Assembly: GCF_009914755.1 (NCBI RefSeq)
Contig: NC_060932.1
DNA: 64,000 bases
Source of the DNA: the human T2T-CHM13v2.0 reference genome, Homo sapiens
Direction: 5' to 3' (one strand)
This document shows positions 1 to 15,169 of this stretch, in pieces. Numbering within the stretch: position 1 is the stretch's first letter; each line of letters begins with the position of its first letter. The position numbers and the translations under genes were made by a program. Under the pieces are notes generated by a model that had not been told where the DNA came from, ran no database searches, and was given only the letters and a program-made list of their open reading frames with translations.

Positions 1-225
1 GCCCCAATAATGAAATAAAGTTACCAATGGGGAATATTGAAATGACTATATCGAAGAAGTTTGTAAGCAGGTATTGGGTATTATAGTTTCATGGCAAAGT
101 AAACATTATGTAATTAATGTCTGAAGCAGGGTTCATAATCCATAGAGGTTCATGGAGAGATGTGGAGAAGCCCATAAAAATGGTATATAGAATTTAATGT
201 GTATGTGGTCCCAAACTTTTACCAG

Positions 226-537
226 TTTTTTTTTTCTTTTTTCTTTTCTTTTTTTTTTTTTGAGACGGAGTCTCGCTCTGTCACCCAGGCTGGAGTGCAG
301 TAGCACGATCTCAGCTGACTGTAAGCTCCGCCTCCCAGTTTCACGCCATTCTCCTGCCTCAGCCTCCCCAGTAGCCGGGCGCACGCCACCACGCCCGGCT
401 AATTTCTTTTTGTATTTTTAGTAGAGACGGGGTTTCACTGTGTTAGCCAGGATGGTCTCGATCTTCCGACCTTGTGATCCACTCGCCTCAGCCTCCCAAA
501 GTGCTGGGATTACAGGCATGAGTCACCGCGCACAGCT
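226..537 (-). mobile_element. Alu SINE, AluY-like, with a small deletion in the right arm
   Basis: Poly-T then tgagacggagtctcgctctgtcacccaggctggag...gtgctgggattacaggcatgag. Y-type diagnostics aagctccgcctccc, cacgccattctc and tgttagccaggatggtctcgatc. Imperfect TSD actttt(at)accagttttt on both sides. Confidence 0.95.
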
Positions 538-1039
538 ACTTTTATACCAGTTTTTTAATGCTGTATATAACCCCCCACGGAAATGCTCACACTGAAAACA
601 AATTTTTTATTCTATTTGCTCTTAATGTATAGAATGTATTTAAGTTAGGAAATATTTTTAAGAAGAGCCATTCAAATTACAGACATAATACTTGTTCAAT
701 GTTTATATATAATTTATACTTTTAGCCTAATTAGATTAAATTTTTGAAATTTCATATTTCAGTTTGAGTGACAATAGCAATTTTATATCATGTTTTTTCT
801 ACTTTATATTTTATTTTGTTCTCTAATTTTGACTTGTTTGGAAAAAATAAACATTTTTATACAATGCATAATTAATCTTTCTATTTGGAAGTTTTTATAT
901 TTAAATTTATTCTTTCATGTATCTTAAAAACATTCTAGAAAACATACTTTTTTTATGATAATAAGATAGTGCAGCAAAATCTGTAGTTTTTTAACCTTAA
1001 ATTTGTTCACACTGCTAGGCGCCTTTTAACGGCAGGAAT

Positions 1040-1140
1040 AATAAATTCATCTTTGTGCTTTCACACTGCAGTGGCTAGCACAATGGTTGGTATGTAGTAG
1101 CTGTTTCAGTAAATATTTGTTGAACTGAATTGAAATGAAT
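1040..1140 (+). mobile_element. L2 3' terminus relic
   Basis: ctagcacaatggttggtatgtagtagctgtttcagtaaatatttgttgaactgaa resembles the L2 3' end (…taaatatttgttgaatgaatgaa). Confidence 0.6.
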
Positions 1141-2135
1141 CAAGTTGTAAATATTTTCTGGTCACATGAGTAAAATTAAGTAATATACAATTTTTCTTGG
1201 CTGAGTTTAGGAGCTATTCTGACACTAATAATTAAACATTTGCCTTTGGACCAAATTTTGAAATATGAGTTGAGATCACTAACCACATATAACCTGTTTC
1301 TTTCTGGAATAGATGAAGAAAAATTTTAACTCCTTGTGAATTCATTTTTGGAAAAGAAATATGTGCATATAATAAATATAGAGAAAGCAGTATTTTATGT
1401 TCTTTGAAACGTTCAGTTCCTATTTAAAATGTTGGATATTAAAAACTGTCAGAATTTACTCACCCTAATGCAACAACATGAAGCACTATCTGGAAAACAC
1501 ATGCATTCTTAAAATTAAAATGCTGTACTTGACAGTGGATCAAAGATAATTCTATAGACTCGACCCTAATGAGAGTAAAACAATCCTCCAGAGCATTCTG
1601 TCTCATTTGTTTGAATTCCATATTCAATAAGTAACCCTATGTTTACTCATTTTGTTTCTTAGGCACTTAGTTGGTGCTTGAAAGGGCTATCTTTTTTACA
1701 GAAATAAATGTCCCAATGGCTAGTATGGCATTATAAATTAGAAAATTAAAATTTGTTCATTAGTTTACTACTAGAATATTATACAGATTTATATAAATCT
1801 GATCATCTGTGTTGTATAATTTTGGAAAAAAGAAATCTATAAAGCTGAAGATCAGCTCCTAGACCAGAGTTAATCCCCCAAGACAAAATTACTAGAAGAA
1901 ACAGAATTTGTAGACATTAATGTCCTCTCTTGATATTTCTGAGTTATATTGTTTTTCTTATAGGATGATTTCTACCTAAATTTGAAAGTTAAAAAAGATG
2001 AGTCCTTTGTGATGAATCATTCTTCTCTACTTGTCTCTATACTTTACACTGGTGAATTTGGAAGGAGGCTTTCTCTTGTTAGCTGTTGAAAAGTTAATGT
2101 CAAAATCTTAGGCTATATTGTTGTCAAGTAAACAT

Positions 2136-2347
2136 TTTTCTTTCTTCTTAGCTCAACCTTGGTAGGTTATATGTATTGAGAAATTTACCCAATTCTTAAA
2201 CCAGTAATGAGTAAAGAGATCAAAGCCATAATAAAAAGGGTGGGAGGGAGGATGAAGGAAAAAAATATAAATGTATTTACTACCACTGAACTATACACTT
2301 AAAATAGTAAAGATGATAAATTATTTATGTGTATTTTACATCAATAA
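2136..2347 (+). mobile_element. Short composite old L1 (L1M): inverted ORF2 piece + forward ORF2 piece + 3' end
   Basis: 2136-2190 is the reverse complement of L1 ORF2 ataaatt..catataacctaccaagg..gaagaaa. 2191-2237 is the forward continuation (ccagtaatgagtaaagagatcaaagccataataaaaa). 2260-2347 is an L1M 3' end (actgaactatacacttaaaatagtaaagatg…tttacatcaataaa). Flanked by aaacattttt on both sides. Confidence 0.65.
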
Positions 2348-3249
2348 AGAAACATTTTTAGATGAAAAATTTGATCACAACCTTTCAAAAAGAGCACTTA
2401 TGTCTTTAACTTGTCTCTATTCAGAGTATAAACAGTCAAACAATCTAAGCCAAGTGCTTATCCAATTAAATCACTGAACTTAATATACCTCATGCATAAA
2501 AAAAAATCCATTTGTTTACATGGGGAAAAGAGTAGAGCAATCTAATACAAAATTATAGAATGGAAACCTTGTAATAGCCTCAGCTTTTGGCAGAAGGTCA
2601 GCTTTGCTTATTATGATTGGGGCAGGCTGTACACTAGCAAGTTAGCCTGGTGAGACTGAAATAAATCTAGCTGTTTACATCATTAAATTTTGAATAATGG
2701 CATATTTTTATTTTTTTCTGCCAACTTTACCTCTGATAAATAATTCTCAAGATCAATAATTTCTCAGCTATGACAATCAGGAATGAATCCAGATAAACTA
2801 ATCCCATATTATTTATTTTACACCACATTCTCAAGCTCTCCTAGGGGAACTCTGAGTTATTAGTGTGTATTGAAAGCAAAAGCAGAATACAGTAGGTTTC
2901 CAGTGAGGGCTGAGTTCACTCCAAAAGCTTATATAAATGTTCTCATTTTGTTGCAACTCTACCACTCTGCTAGAGAACTGTTTTATTTCATTCCAACACA
3001 ACCTTTCCAAAGGTTGGCATATCTATTCCCAGGCTAAGGCCTTAAGGTCAATTTTACAACTTTAAAAACATAATTAAATATATAAAAAAGAAACCCCACA
3101 TCCTACAAAAATCATTAATTTAAACAATCAGTTCTGTAGCAACTGTGAATTGGATTGCTATCCCAAAGGTGAGTTTTACAAGGAGAACTGAAAATGGCCT
3201 AATAATCCCAAATCTGACTGGAAAAATTGTTGGCTTTAAAAATCCAATA

Positions 3250-3360
3250 AATGGAAGTTTGAATCCTAGCCCTGGAACTTCTTGACGGTGTCATTTTGGA
3301 CAAATTACTTATTCACTATAAGCCTCAGTTTCCACTTCCCAATGTTGTTGTGACTATAAG
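3250..3360 (+). mobile_element. MIR SINE fragment
   Basis: gtttgaatcctagccc…tttggacaaattactt…aagcctcagtttcc matches the MIR core. Confidence 0.7.
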
Positions 3361-4244
3361 AAAAATAGAGTATAAAAAATAGAGTAAGAAAAGAGAGTTC
3401 TCTAATAGAGAACATGGCATGGTGTAGGTATTTTATTTTGTTTACCATCTGTCCTTCACGATGATGTTGTGATTTACTTAAGGACAAAAATTCTTGTCTT
3501 TCTGGTTAAGTGCTGCAACAGAATGCTACAAATATTCTTCCACAGATAAATTCTTGGTAAGTATTTACTGAACAGAGCAAGTCTCAAGTTCTTCATTGCT
3601 AAAATGAAGGAAGGAAATAATTTGTTCACTTATTCTAATTTAAAGCTACATTATACTTTTCTTTTCCCCATTATGAGCCGTTTGCTTCCAAAATTATAGC
3701 ATGTGTATATGTGTGTGCATGTTCATATTTTGTGGCTTAAAGTTTTAAATTTTATTTCACATGTTTACTTAAATGTAAATTATTTTATATAGAATTATAA
3801 CAACAACATGAATCAATATTTCAAGGCTCCTATTACATGCAACAAAATGTATTTCCAAAATATATTGTATCAATTTGTGACCTCAAAATATTGCATGAAA
3901 ATAACTGTTTAGTGACACACTCATCAAAAATGAATATTTTTATTTTTTGAGTTTTTCTACCTTTAAGGACAAATTCACTTTCCCTAGCTATCTTTGATTA
4001 CATGAAATAACTGCGCAATGTTACTAAGAAGTTTCTGAGCTAACTCACGAGTTGGGACTACTTGGAATTGGAAGGGTTCTGTCCAATCAGTGCTCAGTAA
4101 GCAGGTCCCGAATGGGTGGGAGAAGGGAGTAGTATACCCCCAGCATGGAAGTCTTATGTAAGCAACTTTAAAACACTGGGTTTTTATGCATAACCATCTT
4201 CAATTAGACACAGTTGCTGTTTTCCAAGCAGACCCATCAGAAGA

Positions 4245-4245
<1 letters not shown>

Positions 4246-4278
<33 letters not shown>
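4246..4278. repeat. (CA)n microsatellite, ~16 units
   Basis: Directly visible uninterrupted CA run. Confidence 0.98.
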
Positions 4279-4280
<2 letters not shown>

Positions 4281-6489
4281 CTCATGAAAATGGAGTATGA
4301 CAAATCCTGTACTAGGAAGGTGAATAACATACTATAGGGTAAAGGAGAGGCCTAAGAAGATGGGAATGTGATCTTTGATCTGGATCTTGAAATAAGGTCA
4401 CAGTGGTAAAGATATTCACTAGTAGAGAAAGGACTTCCTTGAAAGATAAAACAAAGCCATCAGATTAGGGACAGTTTATGAAAGATTTAATTGTTAGAGT
4501 ACATGCATAGTTTTTAGTTTTTAAACACTGAATATCACAAAAGTTATTTAATTGCTATGTGGACTTAATCATTTATGGCTTTCCAAATCTAGTACTGGCA
4601 ATAGTATATAAAAAGATGCAGGGCTAATCATTGTTAAAGAAGAGAGCCTCACTGCACAGATGAAATACAGGGAACAGATTAAAGCAGGCTAACTAAAGTG
4701 AGTGTCTTTTCTCTCTTAAAACAACCCTTTCTTGCCCCATATCCACCTGCACCTCTGCCCTGTCTTCTCCTTTTCCATAGCCCAACTTCTTGGAAGTTTT
4801 GCTTACATGCCTTATTTTTATTTCTTCACTCCTTTCTCATTCTTTAATTTATTCCAATTCTCATCAGTCTCCCCCCGCCAAAAAAAAAAACTACCAAATT
4901 TATATGTTCCAAAGTGAATTTATGTCTTCCTCCCTCTTTTCCCAGCAAATCTGGTCTTGTATCCTGTGGCTCCTTCAGTTCACATACCACCAGCCATCCA
5001 GGGCCCTGTGGTTTACTCAGAAGTCCAGAAGTCTCTCTTTGTACCTCCTTCTCCCTCAGCAGTTATGTAAAATCTCTGATTTATCCTTAAGGCTTGCCAA
5101 TTTGACCTTCTACATACTTTCATATTGGGCCATTTCATTTCACTTCCACATCCTGCTGTAGCTGGGTTATGGTTGTTAGGTTCTGCAGTGGATGTTTCTA
5201 TGCATTTCTCTCATCCCTTTTCTCAGCCAGTGACATGCCAAACACCTTACTTTCAAAAGCATTCAAAGTCCTAAGTGCCAGAGTTTGCAAAACAGTTTTT
5301 TTCTGTCTAAGGGATCAGACAAGATTGAGCATATTGAAATTAGAGAAAAAGGGAAATGGCAATGGAAGGAGGGAGGCTGGTAGAAAGAACATGGGTCTTC
5401 TCAACATGGAAAAGAGAATCCTTCTATTGAGAACAAACGAATGAGTTGATTGACCTACAATGTGATGCTACCAATTGCCCATCATCTGTGAGTATTTCGT
5501 CCTGGCTGCTTGAAAGTACACAGAACTGGTGAACTTAGTTTTGGAAAGCCATGGAGGGTTTTTAAGTAGAGGGGACAGGATCAGAGGATTGAAGGAAATG
5601 GGGTGAGATGTGGGCACATAAAAGCATGGGAGGCCCTATAAAGTGTATTTGCAGTAGTCTAGGCAAAATAGACACAAGTCTGAATCAATAAGCAGAAATG
5701 TCGAGAAGGGAGTGGGACTTATGGAAAACATATTTGTTGTAAGTTTGGTAGATCTTTTCACTAAATTTTAATATAATCTCTAAAATGAGTATATAATACT
5801 TATAAAATACCTTTTGTTGAGTCACTCAGAAAAGAATTAACTTTGTCTCTTTTATTTCTTTGAAAAATTATCAATTGACAGCATTTTAAGTTGTTTTAGA
5901 AACTTTTCTAAAATGAACCAAAAACATTAGTTTGAACAAAAAAGCAGTCATCATTAATAAATATAAACTCTGCGGATCTACTGGCAATTTTATTGTTTAT
6001 GAATGTCATTTGATTATTAAAAATTGCTATTGCTGTTGATATACACATATATACATATTTAGAATGCTAAACTGTGCTAGAAGTGAAAAAATACTGTAAC
6101 AATTGATCCCATTCAATGTATTCCAGGAAACATAATGAAAATTAAAGTATTATTTATTCTGCTCATATTATTTTATCATATCACTTACCCCTGTGTTAGT
6201 TAAAACACTTTCTTCACTTTTAATCATGCCACATCTTGTAGCCATAGTTTTATTCATGTGACAATATAAAACAGAGGTTATAGGAGTTGACTAACTGCCT
6301 TTAATCTCCAAGGTTATTTATAATAAATATGCAAATGTTTCATCCTTATATCACGTTGCTATAAAGTGAGAGGATATCCTGAATTTGTATCTGAAACAGA
6401 GTATAGGCAATATATGATTTAAGCTTTCTGTCACAATCACTGTATTTTATTATAGCTAAAATTACCTGTTTGTGGGGCAATAATATATT

Positions 6490-8278
6490 TTCTTTTTTTT
6501 TTTCTTCAACTTTTTTTTAAGTTCTGGGTACATGTGCAGGAGGTACAGGTTTGTTACATAGGTAAATGTGTGCTAAGTTGGTTTGCTGCACAGATCAACC
6601 CATCACCCTGGTATTAAGCCCAGCATCCGTTAGCCAGTCTTCCTGATGCTCTCCCTCCCTGTGTCCCCCTTGACAGGCTGCAGTGCGTGTTGTTCCCTTC
6701 CATGTGTCCATGGGTTCTAATTGTTCAGCTCTCACTTATAAGTGAGAATATACAGTATTCGGTTTTCTGATCCTGCATTAGATTGCTTAGGATAACGGCT
6801 TCCAGCTCCACCCATATCCCTACAAAGGACATTATTTCATTCCTTCTCATGGCTGTATAGGATTCCATGGTGTATATTTACCACATTTTCTTTATCCAGC
6901 CTATCACTGATGGGCATTTGGGGTGTTTCCATGTCTTCACTATTGTGAATAGTGCTGCAGTGAACAAAGGAGGGCATGTATCTTATAACAGAATGATTTA
7001 TATTCCTTTGGGAATATACCCAGTAGTGGGATTGCTGGGTCAAATGGTATTTCTGCCTCTACATCTTTGAGGAATCACCACACTGTCTTCCACAATGGTT
7101 GAACTAATTTACACTATCACAAACTGTAAAACTGTTCCTTTTTCTCCACAACCTGACCAGCATCTGTTGTTTTTTCACTTCTTAGTAATTACCATTCTGA
7201 CTGGTGTGAGATGGTATCTCATTGAGGTTTTGATTTGCATTTCTCTAATGATCAGTGATAATTAGCTTTTTTCATATGTATATTGGCCACATGATGTTTT
7301 CTTTTGAAACTGTCTATTCATGCCTTTGCTCACTTTTTAATGGGTTTGTTGTTTTCTTGTAAATTTGTTTAAGTTCCTTGTAGACTCTGGATATTAGACC
7401 TTTGTCAGATGGATAGATTACAAAATTTTTCTTGTATTCTGTAGGGTGTCTCTTTGCTCTGATGATAGTTTATTTTGCTGTGCAGAAGCTCTTTAGTTTA
7501 GTTAGATCCCATTTGTCAATTTTTGCTTTTATTGCTATTGCTTTTGGCATTTTTTTGTCATGAAATCTTTGCCTCTGCTTATGTCCTGAATGGTGCTGCC
7601 TAGATTTTCTTCTAGGGTTTTTATAGTTTTGGGTTTTACATCTAAGTCTTTAATCTATCTTCAGTTAATTTTTGTATAAGGTGTAAGAAAGTGTCCGGTT
7701 TCAATTTTCTGCATATGACTAACCAGTTCTCCGAGCACCATTTATTAAATGGGGAATCCTTACCCCATTGCTTGCTTTTGTCAAGTTTGTCGAAGATCAG
7801 ATACTTGTAGGTGTGCAGTCTTGTTTCTGAGTTCTCTCTTCTGTTCCATCGGTCTATGTGTCTTTTTTTGTACCAGTACCATGCTATCTATTTTGGTTAC
7901 TGTAGCTCTGTATTATGGTTTGAAGTTGGGTGGTGGATGCCTCCAGCTTTGTTCTTTTTGTTTACAATTGTCTTGGCTATTTGGGCTCTTTTTTGGTTCC
8001 ATATGAATTTTGAAATAGTTTCTTCTAATTCTGTGAAGAATATCAATGGTATTTTAATGGGAATAGCACTTAAGCTATGAACTACTTTTGGCAGTATGGC
8101 CATTTTCACAATATTGATTCTTTCTATCCATGAGCATGGAATGTTTTTCCATTTGTTTGCATCCTCTCTGATTTCCTTGAGCAGTGGCTTGTAGTTCTCT
8201 CTGAAGAGGTCCTTCACTTTTCTTCTTAACTGTATTCCTAGGTATTTTATTCTCTTTGTAGCAATTGTGAATGGGAGT
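6490..8278 (-). mobile_element. 5'-truncated L1PA (about L1PA8-10 class), 3'UTR plus C-terminal ORF2
   Basis: T-tail, then gggtacatgtgcagg…tttgctgcacagatcaacccatc 3'UTR. ORF 7897-8217 (-) gives [43 protein letters not shown], typical L1 ORF2, with frameshifts and stops elsewhere. Confidence 0.95.
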
Positions 8279-8959
8279 GGCTCTCTGCTTGAAATAAAGC
8301 CTTGTTGTTTTGCACTGATCTACCTTGGTTTGGGCCAATAAACTAATTAGTAATACTGAAAAATTGAATAAACTTTATAATTTATCACCTCACCTAACCT
8401 GATTTAGAGTTTTCATTGCTCCTTAGTTTCTCTCTTGGGAGGGTGCCTTTCCTTTTGTTGATATCCAAGTCCCTTACTTTCAAAAATATGTGGATAAAGA
8501 CATTCCTGTACTGCCTTTCAAATAAGGATTCTCATGAGCCTCAATACCAAATCCTCAGAGGCATCTTTATAGTACAGGAAATGCAAGCAAATGGAGAGGC
8601 TAAATAAATTTCTCAAAAACATTCAACAAGCTGGAGTCAGAGCCAGGAACAGTAAACAGGTCTTTTCACTCCAAGTCTTTGGCACAATTGCCAGATTATT
8701 CTCTCTCTGATGGTGAGAGAATGAGTCAGCCTGGCATCATTCATTAATCGTCCTAATTTAGTTAATATTGCTGCTTAAGACAGTAAGTGTATAACAATGG
8801 ACTTTAAATAGAAAATACAGCCCAGAGCAGAAGATGCTATTAAACTTCGATTTAATTCTTAACCTTCCTTCATAGGAACAATAGGTGAAGATTTAGATCA
8901 AGGACAATTTGGAATCGTGCAAGAAAGATGTCAATAGAAGTTACTGCATTAGTATCATT

Positions 8960-9780
8960 ACTTAACAGGTATTCCTGAAACATTTATCGTGCTTCAGGAA
9001 CTGCATGAAAGCTGTAAACATGATTTAGACATGGTCCCTACCTTTGAGGAGTTGACAGTCTAGCAGGATAGACAGACATAAACACAAAAGTGTCAACAAA
9101 GTTTGTGAAATATTAATGCAGAGCATTATAGAAGCTCAAAAAAAGGGGCTCAGAATTTGAACTAAGATGAAGATTCACAAAACGCTGTCTTAGGAAAAGA
9201 CTGAGCTTTGGAGGGTTCTAGTTTTAGCCAAAGAAAGAGTCGGAAGAAAATTACAAGCAAAAGGAATATTTGTGAATGCAAAGTGATGTGAATTACAAAT
9301 ATTGTGCAAGAAATTATAACTCAGCAATTCTATAATTCAGTAATCTGAGTATGTAGAGGAGAAGAGTTATGAGAACTGAAACCAGAGAGGGAATAAGAGA
9401 GTGCTAAAGACACTGTTAAAGATCTTGCTAAAGTCCTTTTAGGAAGGGGAGCCAAAGAAGGTTTTAAGCTGTTAGCTGTTATATGATACGATTTGCTTGT
9501 TAGGTAGATTATGTTTGTTGCAGGGTGAAGAATGAGCTTAAAGAGGGCGAAATTAAGTGACTAATGTAATAATCCAGAAAGAGTTGATGAGGCAATGGCT
9601 AAGAAGATAGATTATGAAGAGATACAATGACAAGAGTGTGGTGACTGGTTGGGTATGGGCTGTGAGGTAAAGGTTTCTGGTGTTAATAACTGCATAGACT
9701 AAGGTGCTCCCAATAGCACTCGAGCATATAGGGAAAAAGGTGTTGGGAAAGACGAATAATTAAATATGCATTTTTAGGGA
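8960..9780 (-). mobile_element. Degenerate L2 LINE, probably continuing at ~10660-10900 after the L1 insertion
   Basis: agacatggtccctacctttgaggagttgacagtctagcaggatagacagacataaac, followed by purine-rich antisense-L2-like sequence. Confidence 0.55.
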
Positions 9781-9801
9781 CACACCCGTGACGATATTCT
9801 T

Positions 9802-10640
9802 ATTTTACTATTTTTTTAACTTTTATTTTAAGTTCCGGGGTACATGTACAGGTTTGTTATATAGGTAAACTCGTGTCATAGAGGTTTGTTGTACACATTA
9901 TTTTGTCACCCAGGCATTAAGTTTAGTGCTCACTGGTTGTTTTTCCTGATCCCTCTCCCCGCCTCCCAACCTCCACCCTCTGGTAGGTAAGCCTTCATGT
10001 CTGTTGCCCTCTATGTGTCCATGTGTTCTCAACATTTAGCTCACATTTATAAGTGAGAACATGTAGTATTTAGTTTTCTTTTCCTGCATTAGTTTGCTAA
10101 GGATAATGGCCTCCAGCTCCATCCATGTTCCTGCAAAGAACATTATTTTGTTCTTTTGTATGGCTCCATGGTATTTTATGGTGTATATGTACTACATTTT
10201 CTTTATTCATTCTACCATTGATGGGCACGTAGGTTGACTTCATGTCTTTACTATTGTAAATAGTGCTGCAATGAACATATGTGTGCATGTTTCTTTATGA
10301 TAGAAGGATTTCTATTTCTTTGGGTATATGCCCAGTAACGAGATCACTGGGTCAAATGGTAGTTTTGTTTTTAAGTCTTAGAGTGATTTCCACACTGTTT
10401 TCCACAATGGTTGAACTAACTTACACTCCCATCAACAGTGTATAAGCATTCCTTTTTTCTCTACAACCTCCCCAGCATCTGTTGTTTTTTGACTGTTCAA
10501 TAATAGCCATTCTGACTGGTGCAAGATGGTATTTCATTGTGGTTTTGATTTGCATTTCTCTAATGATCAGGGATGTTGAGCTTTTTTTCATAGGCTTGTT
10601 GGCCATATGTAGGTCTTCTTTTGAAAAGTGTCTATTCATG
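9802..10640 (-). mobile_element. 5'-truncated L1PA (about L1PA13-15 class) with TSD
   Basis: 3'UTR ggggtacatgtacaggtttgttatataggtaaactcgtgtc. ORF 10421-10639 [39 protein letters not shown] is the ORF2 C-terminus. TSD gtgac(g/a)atattctt at 9788-9801 and 10643-10656. Confidence 0.93.
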
Positions 10641-11219
10641 CAGTGACAATATTCTTCAGGCAGCTCAAAATATGACTTTGAGCCTTAGAAAATAAGTCTG
10701 AGCTGGAAACATAGATTTCACATTGCTGAGTATACAGAAGGCGGTTACAATCTTGAGAGTATACTAGGTATGACAAGATACAGGACTGCAGAAAAACAAA
10801 AGTGAACCAGGAATGAATCTTGACATATATATCTGAGATTAAAGTTCAGAGAGAAGAAGAAATGTGAAAGAGACAAAGAAGGAATGGTGAGAGAAGTGTA
10901 CAAATTAAAGTCACTTAAGTAACATAATAATGTTTTATGTTTGTCTACTAACTAATTTTTTCCTGAAGCATTTTCTTATTAGAAATTTTAAGTACATCTC
11001 AAATTGAATATAGGAAAGGTGAAGTGAGTATGACACTTCTGATAGGTCATTCTTACAAATTAAGAAATTGATTCTTTCTTCATAATTTCCTTCCAGTTGT
11101 TTTCATTTAGTGCAATCTTACATGATGTATTCACCTTCTTTACTGTTTTCTACATCATTTCTAAATTGTGTTAATCTATTTTGTTTTCATTTTGTCTATA
11201 AATTGTTGATCTAAATTAC

Positions 11220-12210
11220 TCTCCTTACTACAATGATTTGCATATTCAACTATATATTGATCATCTTTATCTGGATTCTATATACTTTTCCTTCTGGGTG
11301 TTCATCTCTGTCAACATCATCTGTCATTGTTAATCCAGTTATTAAAGTCAGTAACTAAGAAGTCATCCTTGGCTTTCTTCTCTCTCAGTTTCCCTGTCTG
11401 ATAAATCACCAAAGCTATCACTTTTCACTTTTCCCTCCCACATTTCAAGTCTTTCGATTCTCCCATTCCGTCCATTTAGGTTAGGACACGTTTTTTCTTT
11501 TATAAACTATTATAACTATTTCCTGATTTGCCACTCTGCTTTCAGTTTTTCCTCTTATTTCGTCTGCTGCCAACACTCCAGACAAAGTGGAGTTTGTTAA
11601 TCCCTGTTACTTAAAACCTTCCATGCTTCTACCTGTTCCTTCAGGATAAATTCTAAAGCTCTTTCTATGGCATATATGATTTTTAAAAATCTGGTCACTC
11701 TAACTCCTCTAAATTCTTACCTTATCTCTTTCCTATCCTGTGTTCCCACTACACTGAAGCACTTGCAAATCTCTGAACAAATATGTTCACTCCCTCTCTG
11801 CAGGGTCTTTCTATTTTATTTGCCTATCTTGCCTTACTCTTTTCTCATTTACAACTTCCAACACACACACTCTAGTAGCAGATACACTGGTACTACCAAA
11901 TTTTCTCTTCAGTACTCACCAATATATCTTCTCATGTAACTATCATAAAGTGTGTTTCCAGGAAGCCCAATCTAAGACACAGTGTTTGTCTTTGCATGTC
12001 AGTTAGAAATTAAATCTTTAGGAAGCCTCTCATAACTAACCAAGATTTAGTGATCCTGCTTGAGATACTTTCAGATGCTATAATTAGTCTTCTCTGGTAT
12101 TTATGTATTGTAATTGTTTTGCTTACCCAGTAGTAAGTAACTCAAGAATAGATTTTGTCTTTAATTGTATTATTTGCAATGTCTAGCACCAAACCACTGG
12201 ATAATTTCTT
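11220..12210 (+). mobile_element. Degenerate L2 LINE
   Basis: gtcatccttggctttcttctctctc…aatcaccaaagc…taaaaccttccatgcttc…caggataaattctaaagctc are L2-like 3'-region motifs. Confidence 0.5.
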
Positions 12211-12399
12211 AAAATAAATTAATAGTTTCCCTAAGGGCATTTGAATATTTGATGACGTAAATGTGCCTAAAATATATGTCTTTTGAAAATAAACCCTAGT
12301 GTATTTACCAGCAAACCATGTAACTCTAGATACTCAACAATATATGGGATGAGAAGCCCTAGAAAGTGTTTGTTATATTTTTAAAATATGCTTATCAGA

Positions 12400-12768
<369 letters not shown>

Positions 12769-13341
12769 TTAATTAAACATGGAAAAGATTGCACTAGATA
12801 TCTGTCTTCCAAAAAACTTAAAAATATTATGATATTAATTAATTACAGAGACAAATCAGAGCTAATACAAAGACTATTTTATAATCCTAGAATGTTACAG
12901 CTGTAGTCTCATATACAAGAAAATCAGACAATAGATTTATTTTCAAAACATGTATTTTTCTGGCATAGAGGTCATTGCCCTAAGTTAAATCTGAGCATGG
13001 CCTTAGCATTTCCTTTTACTTCATGTCTACAATAAGTAAACATACTTTTCAATTCAAATTCATTTATCTAAGACCAGATAGGGTGTCACTGAGAATGAAA
13101 AGTTAAAATTTGCAATCCTATATTTTCTGTCTATAGGCCAAAAAATTATCCTTATATTAAAAAAGTTTTATTCGTTTTGCTGAATGAAAAATGACAATAA
13201 AAATACAAGAAAACTGTATATAAAAATTAACATATTCTAATAGAAATGAGGAACGTTTAAGAGGAACATGCTGAAAGTAATGTAGTAATACAAATTGGGG
13301 AAAGGCTTAAAGTGACTGCAGTTAAAAATAGAATCATTCGC

Positions 13342-13855
<514 letters not shown>

Positions 13856-14827
13856 GTCATTATTTTCAGTTTTTGTTTTATACAAAGTTATCTCCATTCA
13901 AAATTTTTCTTTTTGACAATTTGTATGCATATATGATATTGCCTAAAACTTCCAACATTAAGATGATTTTTAAAATATGTATACATAAAAGAACCATGTT
14001 TTTGTTTTATTTTTAAGTATGGTTACTATTTTTATAGGCTGTTGCTATTTGCAGCTCTATTTATTTCCTCATTGTCTTATTTTAACATGCTGGTTGGTTC
14101 TTCTAGTGTATCTCAGAAACAGAGGTTCATTACCATGGTTCTATGATTGAAATCATCCTGCACATAAGAACCATGTGCATATGTTCGGCATTCTGATACA
14201 TGAAACTTACATATACCAATCTCATTCATTGTTTTCCACCCACAACAAGCTTTTTAAATGATTTTCAGGGTGTCCTAGAGGTAGACTGAGAAACATCTGA
14301 TAATAACACTAACTTTTTCCTTGAAAACTTAATGTAGTTTTTAACAAAAAATGCTGAATATATCATCTGTGGTTGTTTGGTTTAAGATGTTGTTAGAACT
14401 ATGAACCTTAGATTAGTCTGAAGCTTTATTATGTGTTGCCATCTGCCTTATTGCCCTGTGTCTAAGGACATGTTCATCTCATTTCCATTATTTTCCAGCT
14501 TTCCTTCTATCAGTTTTTTGTAATATTATGACTTTTTTGGTAACATTATGGTTTCAAGTATATATAACTGGACTATAACTTATTTTTTAAAGTTGTTCTG
14601 TTTGTATTTGCCTTCGTGTTTGGATTAATTTATTTGGATATGTCCAGTAGTTGCTTAAATTATACTTGTTGAAATAATATGTGAAATAGTCTATTGGTAG
14701 GCAGCATTATGAAAAAAAAGGTTGAAATGTTAACATAGTTGAGATATAAGAAACTTTCCAATGCTTATGATGAATTATAACTAAAATTAAACCTATTGTC
14801 CAATGACGGTCCAATAATGTGGCTAGG

Positions 14828-15012
14828 CAGTAGTTCTCAACTGAGAAGTTGTTTGAGATGCAAATTCTTATGATCCGTCTCACACCTACTGAATCAGAAA
14901 CTGGATATGTTTAGAAGTGGGAAGGCCTAAATGAAAGCAATGAGCCTAGCAACCTGTGTTTTAATTAGTCCTCCAGGTGATTCAGATGCACACAAAAGCT
15001 TGAGAATTACTG
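14828..15012. mobile_element. MER5A-type hAT-Charlie DNA transposon (MITE)
   Basis: Terminal inverted repeats cagtagttctcaa…ttgagaattactg. Internal cctactgaatcagaaact and cctccaggtgattcagatgcac. Confidence 0.85.
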
Positions 15013-15169
15013 TATTACATTATTCATCATTGTAAATCTATGGAGGTCTTGAAAGACCTACATCAGAATAAAAGATAATTAATTCACTTAGACATATTCT
15101 AATGCCATACTGTTATGCTCACACTGAAAGTTACCCAGGTACCTTTTTGCATTTATACTTTATACATCA

